Positions 12,088 through 21,619 of a stretch of DNA of 64,000 nt are shown in pieces. Source of the stretch: Nostoc sp. (GTDB taxonomy: Bacteria > Cyanobacteriota > Cyanobacteriia > Cyanobacteriales > Nostocaceae); assembly GCA_036918135.1 (NCBI GenBank), contig JBALDB010000002.1:239633-303632 (forward strand), given 5' to 3'. Within the stretch, counting starts at the first letter, position 1; each line of letters begins with the position of its first letter. The notes beneath the pieces are model-generated. The model was not told the DNA's origin. It did not search any database and was given only the letters and a program-made list of their open reading frames with translations. Made by a program: the position numbers and the translations under genes.

Positions 12088-13581
12088 TTACTCTTCGGTT
12101 AACAAGATAGCAGTCGAAGTTTCTGATAGTTGACTTTTATCAACACCAAAGGAATTTTTCGGTTCTTTGAGGAAGAAGGCACACATAAAAGCGCAAACTA
12201 AAGCAGCTAAACCCATTGTGCTAAATAGCGTTGGCGCGTCAGTTAAGCTAAAAATTGTCAGATAAACTACGCCGCCAAAATTACCGTAAGCTCCGACGTT
12301 ACCAGCTATTTGTCCTGTGACTTCCTTTTTAATTAGAGGTACGATGCTATAGGTTGCACCGCAGCCAGCTTGAGCAAAGTAAGCGGCAAACATTGTAACT
12401 GCGATCGCTAGCGGAATCGGCCAGTTACTATTAATAAAATGTGCCATCAAGTAGCCAATACCAATGCCCGCACTGATAATTGTCATTGTCCATTTACGCG
12501 AGCCAAATTTATCAGAAATTAATCCACCGCTAGGACGAGAAATTAAATTTAAAAAGGGATAGGTTGCGGCAATCATGCCTGCTATAACATGTTCTAAACC
12601 AAAGGTTTTTTCAAAAAATGCCGGGAGCATGGAAACAGCAGCAAGTTCGGAACCAAAGTTAGTTGTGTAAGTAAATTCGAGTAATGCTACTTGACCAAAT
12701 TGAAAGCGTTCTGCTAGCGGGTAAGTTTTCTTGCCAATTAAAAGTTCCCGATTTACCTGCCAAGCTTTGTAACTTTGGTAAATAAATAATCCCGCTAATA
12801 ACAACCAAGCAAGATACATTTGACTCAAAGTTAAGAAGTGAATATTCTTTTGTTCCAAGCGCCAAGCTAATAAACCTAAGGCGAAAATTAAACCAAAATT
12901 CGAGACAATCATCGCCCAAAAACTTTTAATGCTGGTTACTTCTAAAGCTCCATTTTTGTGAGGTTTCTTATAGACTTTACCAGGGGGCGTATCTTGGACG
13001 GTATTGTAATAAATTACGCCATAGATGGCGGCAACAATTCCGGTAAAAGCGATCGCTAATCGCCAATTAGAAGCACCACCAGCCAAAAAGCTAGTAGAAA
13101 CTGCAATCATCGGTAAAGCAAACTCCGCACCAAAAGCTCCAAAGTTACCCCAACCGCCGTAAATACCTTGAGCAATTCCCATCTCCTTCGGCTGGAACCA
13201 TTCCGCCACCATCCGAATACCGACGACAAACCCAGATCCGACAATTCCCATCAGCAAACGACTGATGACTAATTGATTAAAATCTTGTGCTAGCGCCGTC
13301 GCCAAACAAGGAACAGCCGCAAACATCAGCAGCATTGCATAGGTGATTCTTGGCCCGAAACGATCCAAAAGCATCCCAATAATTAGCCGCGCCGGAATTG
13401 TCAAAGCAAGGTTACAGATGGCCAAAGTTTTAATTTGTTCGGGCGCTAAATCTAGTTGTTTGCCAATAGTTGTGGCGAAGGGAGCAAAATTAAACCAACA
13501 GACAAAAGTCAGAAAAAAAGCAAACCAAGTCTGATGTAAGATGCGATAGCGATCGCTGAATGAAAATAATCCTTTTAGCAT
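12088..13581 (-). CDS. nrtP: NarK/NrtP-family MFS nitrate/nitrite transporter (probable true start MLKGLFSF at 13581)
   Basis: Nitrate signature GIYGGWGNFG and GNVGAYGNFGG; about 12 TMs; between nirA and narB. The ORF-track N-terminal extension is a tandem repeat. Confidence 0.9.
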   Translation of the reverse strand: MLKGLFSFSDRYRILHQTWFAFFLTFVCWFNFAPFATTIGKQLDLAPEQIKTLAICNLALTIPARLIIGMLLDRFGPRITYAMLLMFAAVPCLATALAQDFNQLVISRLLMGIVGSGFVVGIRMVAEWFQPKEMGIAQGIYGGWGNFGAFGAEFALPMIAVSTSFLAGGASNWRLAIAFTGIVAAIYGVIYYNTVQDTPPGKVYKKPHKNGALEVTSIKSFWAMIVSNFGLIFALGLLAWRLEQKNIHFLTLSQMYLAWLLLAGLFIYQSYKAWQVNRELLIGKKTYPLAERFQFGQVALLEFTYTTNFGSELAAVSMLPAFFEKTFGLEHVIAGMIAATYPFLNLISRPSGGLISDKFGSRKWTMTIISAGIGIGYLMAHFINSNWPIPLAIAVTMFAAYFAQAGCGATYSIVPLIKKEVTGQIAGNVGAYGNFGGVVYLTIFSLTDAPTLFSTMGLAALVCAFMCAFFLKEPKNSFGVDKSQLSETSTAILLTEE

Positions 13582-13640
13582 TTTAATCTTTCTAAGAGAG
13601 GTGGGATTGGGGACTGGGGACTCAGAAGAATTCCTAGCTC

Positions 13641-13954
13641 CATTAATGGAGTTCAAATACTCTTTAATGGAGTTCAAAGCTTCATTAACGGAGTTCAAAG
13701 CTTCATTAACGGAGTTCAAAGCTTCATTAATGGAGTTCAAAGCTTCATTAACGGAGTTCAAAGCCTCATTAATGCAGTTCAAAGCCTCATTAATGCAGTT
13801 CAAAGCCTCATTAACGGAGTTCAAAGCCTCATTAACGGAGTTCAAAGCCTCATTAACGGAGTTCAAAGCCTCATTAATGGAGTTCAAAGCCTCATTAATG
13901 GAGTTCAAAGCCTCATTAATGGAGTTCAAAGCTTCATTAATGGAGTTCAAAGCT
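13641..13954. repeat. 21-bp tandem repeat, 15 units, consensus CATTAAYGSAGTTCAAAGCYT
   Basis: Read directly; head-to-tail units with no spacers. Confidence 0.97.
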
Positions 13955-14063
13955 TTGGCTATTGGGTATTGGGGATTGGGTATTAGGCACTAACAAAGTA
14001 TTCTTAAATATTTATTTGCTTAGTCCCCAGCGATGCACTGAAGCTCACCCGAAGTGTCCCCAG

Positions 14064-15665
14064 TTAACTACCAACTACTAAAGCTTCTTGCTTGAGTTTT
14101 GCCCCAAAGTTTTCGATGAGTAAATCTTGCAATATTGGCTGTAAGTCTTCGCAGGGTATGCCTTTAATAATGCAAGTTCCGAGATGGGCATCTTTACCAA
14201 CTTTGCCGCCCATATATATGTCAACGCCTTCCAAGGTTTTACCATTTTTACGAGTTTTAGTTCCCATTAAACCGATGTCTGCAACTTGGGGTTGTCCGCA
14301 GGAGTTGGGGCAACCAGTCCAATGAATTCGCACCGGATGGCTGAAAGTTAACTCTGCTTCTAAGGCTTTAATCATTGCTAGGGCACGGTTTTTGGTTTCG
14401 ATGAGGGCAAAGTTGCAAAATTGTGCGCCTGTGCAAGATACTAGCGATCGCGTTAGCAAATCTGGGTTAATCGAAAACCTTTCTAGTAATGGTTCTGTTA
14501 AAAATGTTGCTAATCGTGAGTCGGCAATGTTGGGGATAACGATGTTTTGTTCGACGGTAAAGCGGATTTCGCCACTACCGTAAACTTCTGCTAAACGTGC
14601 AATTTCAAACATATCATCGGCATACAGCCGACCAACAGGAATATGCAAACCTGCGTAATTTAATTCTGGTTGCTTTTGTTTATACACCCCGATGTGGTCG
14701 CGTTTTTCCCAGTCGATTTCGTCTTTTGCGGCTGCGGGTAACAATGATTTACCCAAACGGGTTTCTACTTCAGTCCGAAACTTTTCTAAACCCCATTCAT
14801 CAATCAGCCACATCAGCCGGGATTTTTGCCGATTAGCACGTAAGCCGCGATCGCGATAAACTTCTAAAACAGCTCTACATACAGCTACCACATCTTCTGG
14901 AGCTACCCAAGCATTCAGAGGAATCGCCGCTTCACAACGTTTAGCTGAGAAAAAACCACCGACGAGGATGTTAAAGCCGAAAAGTTTAGAAGGGAAATTT
15001 TGCTCCTCTGCTCCCCCGCTCCCCTGCTCCCCTGCTTCCTTAAATGCTGGCACGAAAGCTAAATCATTAATCTCTGCATGAACTGAGTTGTCTCTTCCAC
15101 CAGCGATCGCAATGTTAAACTTCCTTGGTAGATTGGTAAACTCTGGGTTTCCTTGGCCTTTGTTGGTGAGCATATCTTGAATTTGCTGTACCAACTCTCG
15201 TGTGTCGTACAACTCATCTGCATCTAACCCAGCCACAGGGTCACCTGTGATATTGCGGACGTTATCCATCCCTGACTGGACGCTGGTTAAACCAACTGCG
15301 TCAAATCTATTAAAGATATCTGGTAAATCTCCAATTCTGATTCCCCGCAATTGAATATTCTGTCTGGTAGTAATATCAGCATTACCGTCATCACCGTAAC
15401 GCTGCACTACTTGGGCTAAAACACGCATCTGAGTACTGGTGAGAATACCGTTAGGCATCCGCAACCGCATCATAAATTTGCCTGGGGTAACTGGGCGAAA
15501 AAATACACCCAGCCATTTGAGTCGATGATCTCGGTCTGTTTCGTCCATTGCTTCCCAGCCCAAGGCGGCAAATTTCTCTATCTCAGCCTTAACGGCGAGT
15601 CCATCTTTTTCTGCCTTGAATTTCTCGAATTTATTCAGGCTGGTGGTAGTTGGTGTGTCTGTCAT
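14064..15665 (-). CDS. nirA: Ferredoxin-nitrite reductase
   Basis: TTRQNIQLRG, CTGAQFCN and GCPNSCGQ siroheme/Fe-S ligands. Confidence 0.96.
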   Translation of the reverse strand: MTDTPTTTSLNKFEKFKAEKDGLAVKAEIEKFAALGWEAMDETDRDHRLKWLGVFFRPVTPGKFMMRLRMPNGILTSTQMRVLAQVVQRYGDDGNADITTRQNIQLRGIRIGDLPDIFNRFDAVGLTSVQSGMDNVRNITGDPVAGLDADELYDTRELVQQIQDMLTNKGQGNPEFTNLPRKFNIAIAGGRDNSVHAEINDLAFVPAFKEAGEQGSGGAEEQNFPSKLFGFNILVGGFFSAKRCEAAIPLNAWVAPEDVVAVCRAVLEVYRDRGLRANRQKSRLMWLIDEWGLEKFRTEVETRLGKSLLPAAAKDEIDWEKRDHIGVYKQKQPELNYAGLHIPVGRLYADDMFEIARLAEVYGSGEIRFTVEQNIVIPNIADSRLATFLTEPLLERFSINPDLLTRSLVSCTGAQFCNFALIETKNRALAMIKALEAELTFSHPVRIHWTGCPNSCGQPQVADIGLMGTKTRKNGKTLEGVDIYMGGKVGKDAHLGTCIIKGIPCEDLQPILQDLLIENFGAKLKQEALVVGS

Positions 15666-15937
15666 CACGCTGACTCTCGTTGCAAATTACTAATAAGCGT
15701 AAAAATTTGTGCTAATTACCCAATATCAATCAACTTGTAGTCCCAACATTTGCTGTGTCTACAAGGATTAGAGATGAAAAACTTAATATTTGGTTATGAC
15801 TGATTATTTATACTCCAAAGCATTCCAACGCAAAACTTAAAATCCGTGGTTAGTTCAAGCAAATTTGTCGTCATTGATATCTTGGGAATTTGTCAAGCAG
15901 GTTTAGATACTGTTGGTGTAACAATTTCGATTCTCAT

Positions 15938-15979
15938 AACTTAAGGTAAGATTTTTGTTAAAATCGTATAAGATGTTAC
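15938..15979 (-). promoter_or_regulatory. NtcA-activated nir operon promoter: GTAACATCTTATAC (15979-15966), 22 nt, then -10 TAAGTT (15943-15938)
   Basis: Exact GTA-N8-TAC-N22-TAN3T class II NtcA promoter architecture upstream of nirA. Confidence 0.9.
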
Positions 15980-15994
15980 GATTTTTCAGTAAAA

Positions 15995-16031
15995 ATGCAG
16001 AAAATGTATTAAATATATGCACATTTTGCAT
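15995..16031. promoter_or_regulatory. Two LysR-type AT-N11-AT boxes (ATGCAGAAAATGTAT, ATGCACATTTTGCAT), putative NtcB sites
   Basis: Dyad boxes just upstream of the NtcA site, as known for cyanobacterial nir promoters. Confidence 0.6.
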
Positions 16032-16241
16032 CAAATTCCCCAGTAAGTAATATCAAACCCTTGCATAAAAGGTATTTAAGAGAACTGAAGTAATTTTGGA
16101 TTAGGATATAGCAATCCAATTTGAGTTGTAAAAATTTTCCTGCTGGTCGTCCTTGGGCGTTGTTTAGGACTGGTATAGTTTAATTCAGAATCAAAAATCT
16201 GTTTTCAAAAGCTTTGAGCATTAGATATTATTTCAACAGTT

Positions 16242-16655
16242 ATGAAACGTCGTGATTTTATTAATTGGGTAGGTTTAGGTTGGCTAGCGAGTTCTCTACC
16301 TGTAGCGATCGCAGCTTGTTCTTCTGGCACCAAGTCAGCATCAACCGATTGGCAAACAATAGGTACATCAGCAGATTTAGATAAAACAGGTCAATTGCTG
16401 GCGAAAAACTCACCTGCTGGGCCTGTGTTGGTAGTCGGCACATCTAAATCCCCAAATCTGACTGCTGTCAACCCTACTTGTACTCACGCAGGTTGTACGG
16501 TGGGATGGAAAGCTGACGCTAAAAAATTCGTCTGTCCCTGTCATGGTTCGGAATATAGTATTGATGGGAAAGTGCAAAAAGGCCCAGCAACAGAACCGCT
16601 GAAAACTTATGCTGTCAAAATAGAGAATAGTTCAGTTGAAGTCAAGCCAAGTTAA
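16242..16655 (+). CDS. Small Tat-exported Rieske [2Fe-2S] protein (PetC3-like)
   Basis: KRRDF Tat motif, lipobox-like IAAC, CTHAGC and CPCHGS. Confidence 0.88.
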   Translation: MKRRDFINWVGLGWLASSLPVAIAACSSGTKSASTDWQTIGTSADLDKTGQLLAKNSPAGPVLVVGTSKSPNLTAVNPTCTHAGCTVGWKADAKKFVCPCHGSEYSIDGKVQKGPATEPLKTYAVKIENSSVEVKPS

Positions 16656-16670
16656 ACAATTTAGAGAATC

Positions 16671-17966
16671 GTGAATCACATCAACCAGCTTTTGGCGCAA
16701 GCCCAAACAGCACATCATGCAGCTGATTGGTCATCACTAATTGAATATTTACAACAATTAATATTAGGGGCAGACCTTGAGCATCCAGAGATAGTTAAAA
16801 ATCGAGAACATCTGCTGAAATTAACCCTTTCAATGTTAGAGATGGGGGATTTTCAGCAACGCTGGGAAATGACTAAGATATTAACTCATTTGGGAAATAT
16901 TGCCATCCCATTACTGATTGAAATATTAAAAGATGAAGATACAGAGGAAGAATTACGTTGGTATGCAGCACGGATTTTGGGTGAATTTCAGCACCCAGAT
17001 GCGATCGCAGCTTTAGTAGAATTATTGAAAACCGATGAGGATGAAGAACTCAAAGCGATCGCAACTACAGCATTGGGGCAAATGGGTAGTGTTGCTATTA
17101 GTTCGCTAACTAAACTTTTAGCAGATCCAGATACACGACTTTTAGCAGTGCGATCGCTTTGTTATATTTCCCAAACAGAAATTATTCTACCGTTGTTGAG
17201 TGTAGTGCAAGATCCGCAAGCTGAAATTCGCGCCGCTGCAATAGAAGCCCTAAGCAGTTTTCACGACGAACGCGTACCACCAGTACTGTTAAATGCTTTG
17301 GACGATCTAGCTGCTACAGTTAGACGTGCAGCAGTAGTTGGTTTAGGCTTTCGTCCCGACTTGTGCCAAACATTAGATTTAGTAACGAGACTGCAACCCA
17401 AGCTGTACGACATTAACCTTGATGTTTGCTGTGCAGCAGTCGTTAGCCTTTCTCGGATGGGTTGCGATGAGGCTGCCAAACATTTATCTGATTTGTTGTC
17501 ATCCCAGATACCAATAAGGTTGCAATTAGAAGCTATTCGGGCTTTAAGTTGGATGGAGACACCATCGAGTTTGGCATATTTACAAATAATATTTCATCAA
17601 AGTGCATCGCCAACAGTATGGCAAGAAATTGTCACTGTTTTAGGGCGAGTACAAAAACCACAGCTAACAACACCAGCCGCAGAAATTTTATTACAAATAT
17701 TGCGATCGCCGCATCCAGCTACAAAAATTGTCAATATTAAAAGTGCGATCGCCCTATCTTTAGGACAGTTAGGGAAAATCCAGGCAATTCAACCATTAAT
17801 TTGGCTGCTAGCTGATTCTAATGCATCGATGAGACTACATGCGATCGCAGCACTGAAAAATCTGGATAAAGAAGTTGCACATCAACAATTGCAGCAATTA
17901 GCAAAAAACCCTGCACTAACACCAGATTTGCAACAAGGAATAGCGATCGCTCTAGAGCGGTGGTAA
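16671..17966 (+). CDS. nirB: HEAT-repeat protein, probable NirB (nitrite reductase maturation factor)
   Basis: Repeated LxDxDxxVRxxAxxALG HEAT units; divergent from nirA behind a Rieske gene, as in Anabaena. Confidence 0.65.
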   Translation: MNHINQLLAQAQTAHHAADWSSLIEYLQQLILGADLEHPEIVKNREHLLKLTLSMLEMGDFQQRWEMTKILTHLGNIAIPLLIEILKDEDTEEELRWYAARILGEFQHPDAIAALVELLKTDEDEELKAIATTALGQMGSVAISSLTKLLADPDTRLLAVRSLCYISQTEIILPLLSVVQDPQAEIRAAAIEALSSFHDERVPPVLLNALDDLAATVRRAAVVGLGFRPDLCQTLDLVTRLQPKLYDINLDVCCAAVVSLSRMGCDEAAKHLSDLLSSQIPIRLQLEAIRALSWMETPSSLAYLQIIFHQSASPTVWQEIVTVLGRVQKPQLTTPAAEILLQILRSPHPATKIVNIKSAIALSLGQLGKIQAIQPLIWLLADSNASMRLHAIAALKNLDKEVAHQQLQQLAKNPALTPDLQQGIAIALERW

Positions 17967-18388
17967 ATTTTTAATAAACTGTACAGTCACTTCCTAAGTT
18001 TGTTGACCGCTACGGTTAACTGTCAACCATTAACAGCCAACATAAAAAGATGTACTTAGATACAAGTGCAACTTCTTAGTTTTCTATGAGTTTCGTGATA
18101 TAATGACTTGCAATTTTTGCTGAATTAAATTCTTAGATCGAAAATCTTAAATTAGGATACTTAAATTAATAATTCAAAGGTAAAATTCAGGAGCCAGAAT
18201 AGTTTAAGAATTAGGAAAACTTGTGATTAATAAATACATTAGTTCTATTAAACTGCTTACTAACACCTAATTCTGACGCCAAGCCGTGCAGCGTCTCCAG
18301 CTCCGCTCCTGATTGCTGAATTTTTTCGTCAAAAGTCCATAGTAGAGATTTTACTATTGACTATCAACTCTCAAAAGCTGGAGAAAAC

Positions 18389-18763
18389 TTATTTGGGTTG
18401 ACCTTTTTCTAAAGCCTCTTCAACTAACTCATCATCGACATTAGCCACACCCTCAGTTTGAGAATTTTTAACATCTTTAGCTAACTCTTTGTAATCATCT
18501 GGATTACCAGTTGACTGTGTCGCTTGGATTTTTATCTCTTTTGCCTCAGGGACTTTATTTTGAGGACCAGTTGCTGCTTCGGCTGCTGCTGCTCCTTCAC
18601 CAGTACGGTCAACTTCACTAACACTCAATTTTTGAGCAGCTGCGTAATCAGCGTCAAAATCCACCTTTGGCGCTCCTTCTTCACCACTAGCTATGCTATC
18701 CGCAGCTAATTGGGCATCATGGGTAGGAGCTTCATTAACATCCGTTTTTACTTCATCTGGCAT
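18389..18763 (-). CDS. Acidic hypothetical protein
   Basis: 124-aa D/E/A-rich ORF with GAGG upstream of the ATG. Confidence 0.7.
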   Translation of the reverse strand: MPDEVKTDVNEAPTHDAQLAADSIASGEEGAPKVDFDADYAAAQKLSVSEVDRTGEGAAAAEAATGPQNKVPEAKEIKIQATQSTGNPDDYKELAKDVKNSQTEGVANVDDELVEEALEKGQPK

Positions 18764-18982
18764 AATTTAAGACCTGAGGTAAATTTTTTTTGCTGGAGGT
18801 AAGTATAACTAAGTAATTTGCTACTTGATTACTTTCTTACGAGAGATTTTTACCTCTATTCAAAGGTAGATTAATACTTGATTAAAAAAAAATAATAATT
18901 CTTTCTATGGATAGTAGAATTTGATTCTAAGACTTTGATAACTCTTAATCTGGCCTATTAAATTACAATTTAGAGACAAGTT

Positions 18983-19513
18983 ATGAGTGCAAGTTACGAT
19001 AAAAATACTGCTCAAGCTCAAAGTAATGAAACTCAAAAAGTGGTAGATGCGTTTAACGCTTTAGATACCGATGCAAAATTAGCTTGGTTTTATTTGGTTT
19101 ATAAAAAAATGGGTGATTCGGTGACTCCAGCTGCTCCTGCTGCTACCGATCCTGAATTAGCACCACTTCTGCTAGGAAAATATTATGATTTATCCGATGA
19201 GGAGCAATTGAATATTATGCGGGATATTGTTAACCGCAAAGATACGGAATATTCTCGTGCCTATGGGGCGATAAAAGAAAATAACCAACTGTTAGTTTGG
19301 TATGCTTGGGCAGTAGCTATGGGTGACAAAGTGGTTGATTTACCAGCTACCTACAAGCCAAGTCAGGCAATTAATGATTTGCTTTCGCAAGTTGAAGGAC
19401 TAGATTTTGACGAGCAAATTTCGATATTCCGAACAATAGCTGATGAAATGGGTTATACCGATGTTAAGCCAATTGAGACGCAAGCACAAACTGGTAAAAC
19501 TCCAAGTTTGTAA
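18983..19513 (+). CDS. Helical carotenoid protein (orange carotenoid protein N-terminal domain only)
   Basis: DAKLAWFY..MGDSVTPAAPAA, SRAYG..NNQLLVWY, LDFDEQISIFR..MG; no NTF2 domain. Confidence 0.85.
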   Translation: MSASYDKNTAQAQSNETQKVVDAFNALDTDAKLAWFYLVYKKMGDSVTPAAPAATDPELAPLLLGKYYDLSDEEQLNIMRDIVNRKDTEYSRAYGAIKENNQLLVWYAWAVAMGDKVVDLPATYKPSQAINDLLSQVEGLDFDEQISIFRTIADEMGYTDVKPIETQAQTGKTPSL

Positions 19514-19547
19514 TTAGACTAAATCCATATCTATAACCGTGAAAAAG

Positions 19548-19581
19548 AAGCTCCTGCACTTATTTAAGAAGTGCAAGAGCT
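19548..19581. terminator. Hairpin between convergent genes, likely bidirectional terminator
   Basis: AGCTCCTGCACTT-N7-AAGTGCAAGAGCT stem flanked by A/T runs. Confidence 0.55.
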
Positions 19582-19620
19582 TTGGCTTTCAACACTTTAT
19601 AAATCAATGGAGCTTGCTAT

Positions 19621-20040
19621 TTAACCATCTATTAATGATGTATTCGCCAGCCATTTACCGATTACCTGCTCCATACAAGTTTCTGTTTCAGTAAAGCCAA
19701 GTTTTTTGTAAAAGTCGATAGAATCATCTGTAAACAAACAAACATGCTGACCTTGCAATTTTTCTAAGAGAATTTGCATCATTGTGCTAGCAATTCCTTG
19801 GTGACGATAAGGCGTAAATGTCCAAACATCAACTATGTAAGCATTACAAATACCGTCGGATAAAACGCGAGCAGTACCCATAATCCGATCGCCTGCGTAA
19901 GCAATACAAGTGGCAAAACTGTTGGTAAACGAGGCTTTAAGTTGTTCTGCACTTCTACCGTTGTCAAATTTATCCTCACTGAGTGTAGCTTTCATCTCCT
20001 GCCAATCAACATTTTCAAGATCCTGTTTGTATGTGACCAT
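19621..20040 (-). CDS. GNAT family N-acetyltransferase
   Basis: YIVDVWT..YRHQGIAS and FYKKLGF; ATG at 20040 preferred as start. Confidence 0.85.
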   Translation of the reverse strand: MVTYKQDLENVDWQEMKATLSEDKFDNGRSAEQLKASFTNSFATCIAYAGDRIMGTARVLSDGICNAYIVDVWTFTPYRHQGIASTMMQILLEKLQGQHVCLFTDDSIDFYKKLGFTETETCMEQVIGKWLANTSLIDG

Positions 20041-20085
20041 TGCAGCACACAAGCTGATAGATGTTGCAATCAGCAAATTAAAAAT

Positions 20086-20850
20086 TTATGATACAGCCAA
20101 CTGGCTTAATTCAGATGGAGTCAGATTTGAGTTTACCACTTGACCATCACGGAACCAAACGATCCGCTGAGTTTGACGGGCAACTTCTGGTTCGTGGGTT
20201 ACCATAACAACAGTGATTCCACTAGCATTGAGTTCGCCAAAGATATCTAAAACTTCTTGGGTTGTGCGCGAATCAAGTGCGCCTGTGGGTTCATCGGCTA
20301 AAAGTACTACAGGACGGTTGACAATGGCACGAGCGATCGCTACTCTTTGTTGTTGTCCCCCTGATAGTTGAGTTGGTTTGTTGTTGAGGCGATTTGCTAA
20401 ACCAACTCGTGTCAGTGCTTCTGTGGCGCGATCGCGTCTTTCTTTTGGGTTTACATTAGCATAGACCATCGGCAGTATCACATTTTCTAGCGCTGTTAGT
20501 TGGGGCAATAAATGGAATTGTTGGAAGACAAACCCCAGCTTTTTGTTGCGGATGTGTGCTAAAGATTTATCGTCCATTTGCGCCACATCAATATTATCTA
20601 AGTAATAATGTCCGCCTGTGGGACGGTCTAAACAGCCGATAATATTCATGGCTGTGGATTTACCAGAACCAGAAGGCCCCATAATCGAACAATATTCGCC
20701 TTCGTGGATAGTCAAATTTACATTGTTGAGTGCTTTAACTTCAGTTTCACCAATGCCATAGACTTTATATATATTTTCTAAACGAATAATATCTGATTTC
20801 GGTACAGGATTAGGAACTAGAGAATCGGTAATTGAAATCGTGTTTGGCAT
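20086..20850 (-). CDS. ABC transporter ATP-binding protein (LolD/MacB type)
   Basis: GPSGSGKS, LSGGQQQRVAIAR, LLADEPTGALD. Confidence 0.93.
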   Translation of the reverse strand: MPNTISITDSLVPNPVPKSDIIRLENIYKVYGIGETEVKALNNVNLTIHEGEYCSIMGPSGSGKSTAMNIIGCLDRPTGGHYYLDNIDVAQMDDKSLAHIRNKKLGFVFQQFHLLPQLTALENVILPMVYANVNPKERRDRATEALTRVGLANRLNNKPTQLSGGQQQRVAIARAIVNRPVVLLADEPTGALDSRTTQEVLDIFGELNASGITVVMVTHEPEVARQTQRIVWFRDGQVVNSNLTPSELSQLAVS

Positions 20851-21142
20851 CTGGATTTAGTTGTCAGTCAATAGTAATTAATTTGAAACTTTTTTGTTAA
20901 TATAGCAGTATGTAGGCGGCAGGAGGTAGAACTATTAGTATTCCTAGCATTCACGCTTGTCATTTTGTCCTGACCTCTGTGACTACAGCTATACTAATAA
21001 TGATTTAATAAATTACTTAGGAAATATCTCTTTACTTCAACCTAATCAGCAAAATTAACAAACGTAGTTTGGGTTAGGAAATTTTAATAAATAAATTATT
21101 CCGTTTGAAGTTGATGACTATTGAGTGTTAAGTATCACTAAT

Positions 21143-21217
21143 TAAAAAGCGTCTGGGAGTGTTGCCGTGTTTCCACCCCAAACGCTTTTTATTCTTAACT
21201 TGTTCCTCACACACAAC
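21143..21217 (-). ncRNA. yfr2: Yfr2-family sRNA, copy 1
   Basis: Minus strand reads GTGTGAGGAACAAG.., then a stem-loop exposing GGAAACACGGCAAC, closed by a U-tail; extended -10 TGaTATTGT upstream. Confidence 0.75.
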
Positions 21218-21302
21218 TAAACAATATCACTGCTTAAATAAAAAGCGAATGTAGTGAGTGACACTTTCAAAACTGCACCAAATCTAATTCTTAGATACAA
21301 AT

Positions 21303-21377
21303 TAAAAAGCGTTTGGGAGTGTTGCCGTGTTTCCACCCCAAACGCTTTTTATTCTTAACTTGCTCCTCACACACAAC
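21303..21377 (-). ncRNA. yfr2: Yfr2-family sRNA, copy 2
   Basis: Near-identical to copy 1 and 160 bp away; perfect AAAAAGCGTTTGGG stem; -10 TGgTAGAGT. Confidence 0.75.
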
Positions 21378-21465
21378 TATACTCTACCACTAGTTATAGA
21401 AAAAGGCAAGTATCTTGAATAACAATTTTAAAGTTCTACAATCAATGCAATTTTTAGATGCAAAT

Positions 21466-21537
21466 TAAAAAGCGCTCCGAAGTGTTACCGTGTTTCCACC
21501 CCAAGCGCTTTTTACTTTTAACTTGCTCCTCACACAA
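21466..21537 (-). ncRNA. yfr2: Yfr2-family sRNA, copy 3
   Basis: Diverged copy that keeps GTGTGAGGAGCAAG and the GGAAACACGGTAAC loop; -10 TGaTATCTT. Confidence 0.7.
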
Positions 21538-21619
21538 CAAGAAAGATATCACTACTTTCATCAAAGAGCAAGTATTTTAAGTGACACTTTTAAAACTGCA
21601 CCAGATTAAAGCTAAGAAG

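Noticed and set aside
13641..13954. Possible CRISPR array
   Set aside because: The units are contiguous with no unique spacers, and there are no cas genes in the window.
13601..13993. 130-aa plus-strand ORF (SLMEFKA)n
   Set aside because: It is a by-product of a stop-free 21-bp repeat, antisense to the nir operon, with no RBS evidence.
21140..21605. Possible CRISPR or simple terminator array
   Set aside because: The ~160-bp period has homologous 'spacers' containing promoter motifs; tandem sRNA genes explain it better.
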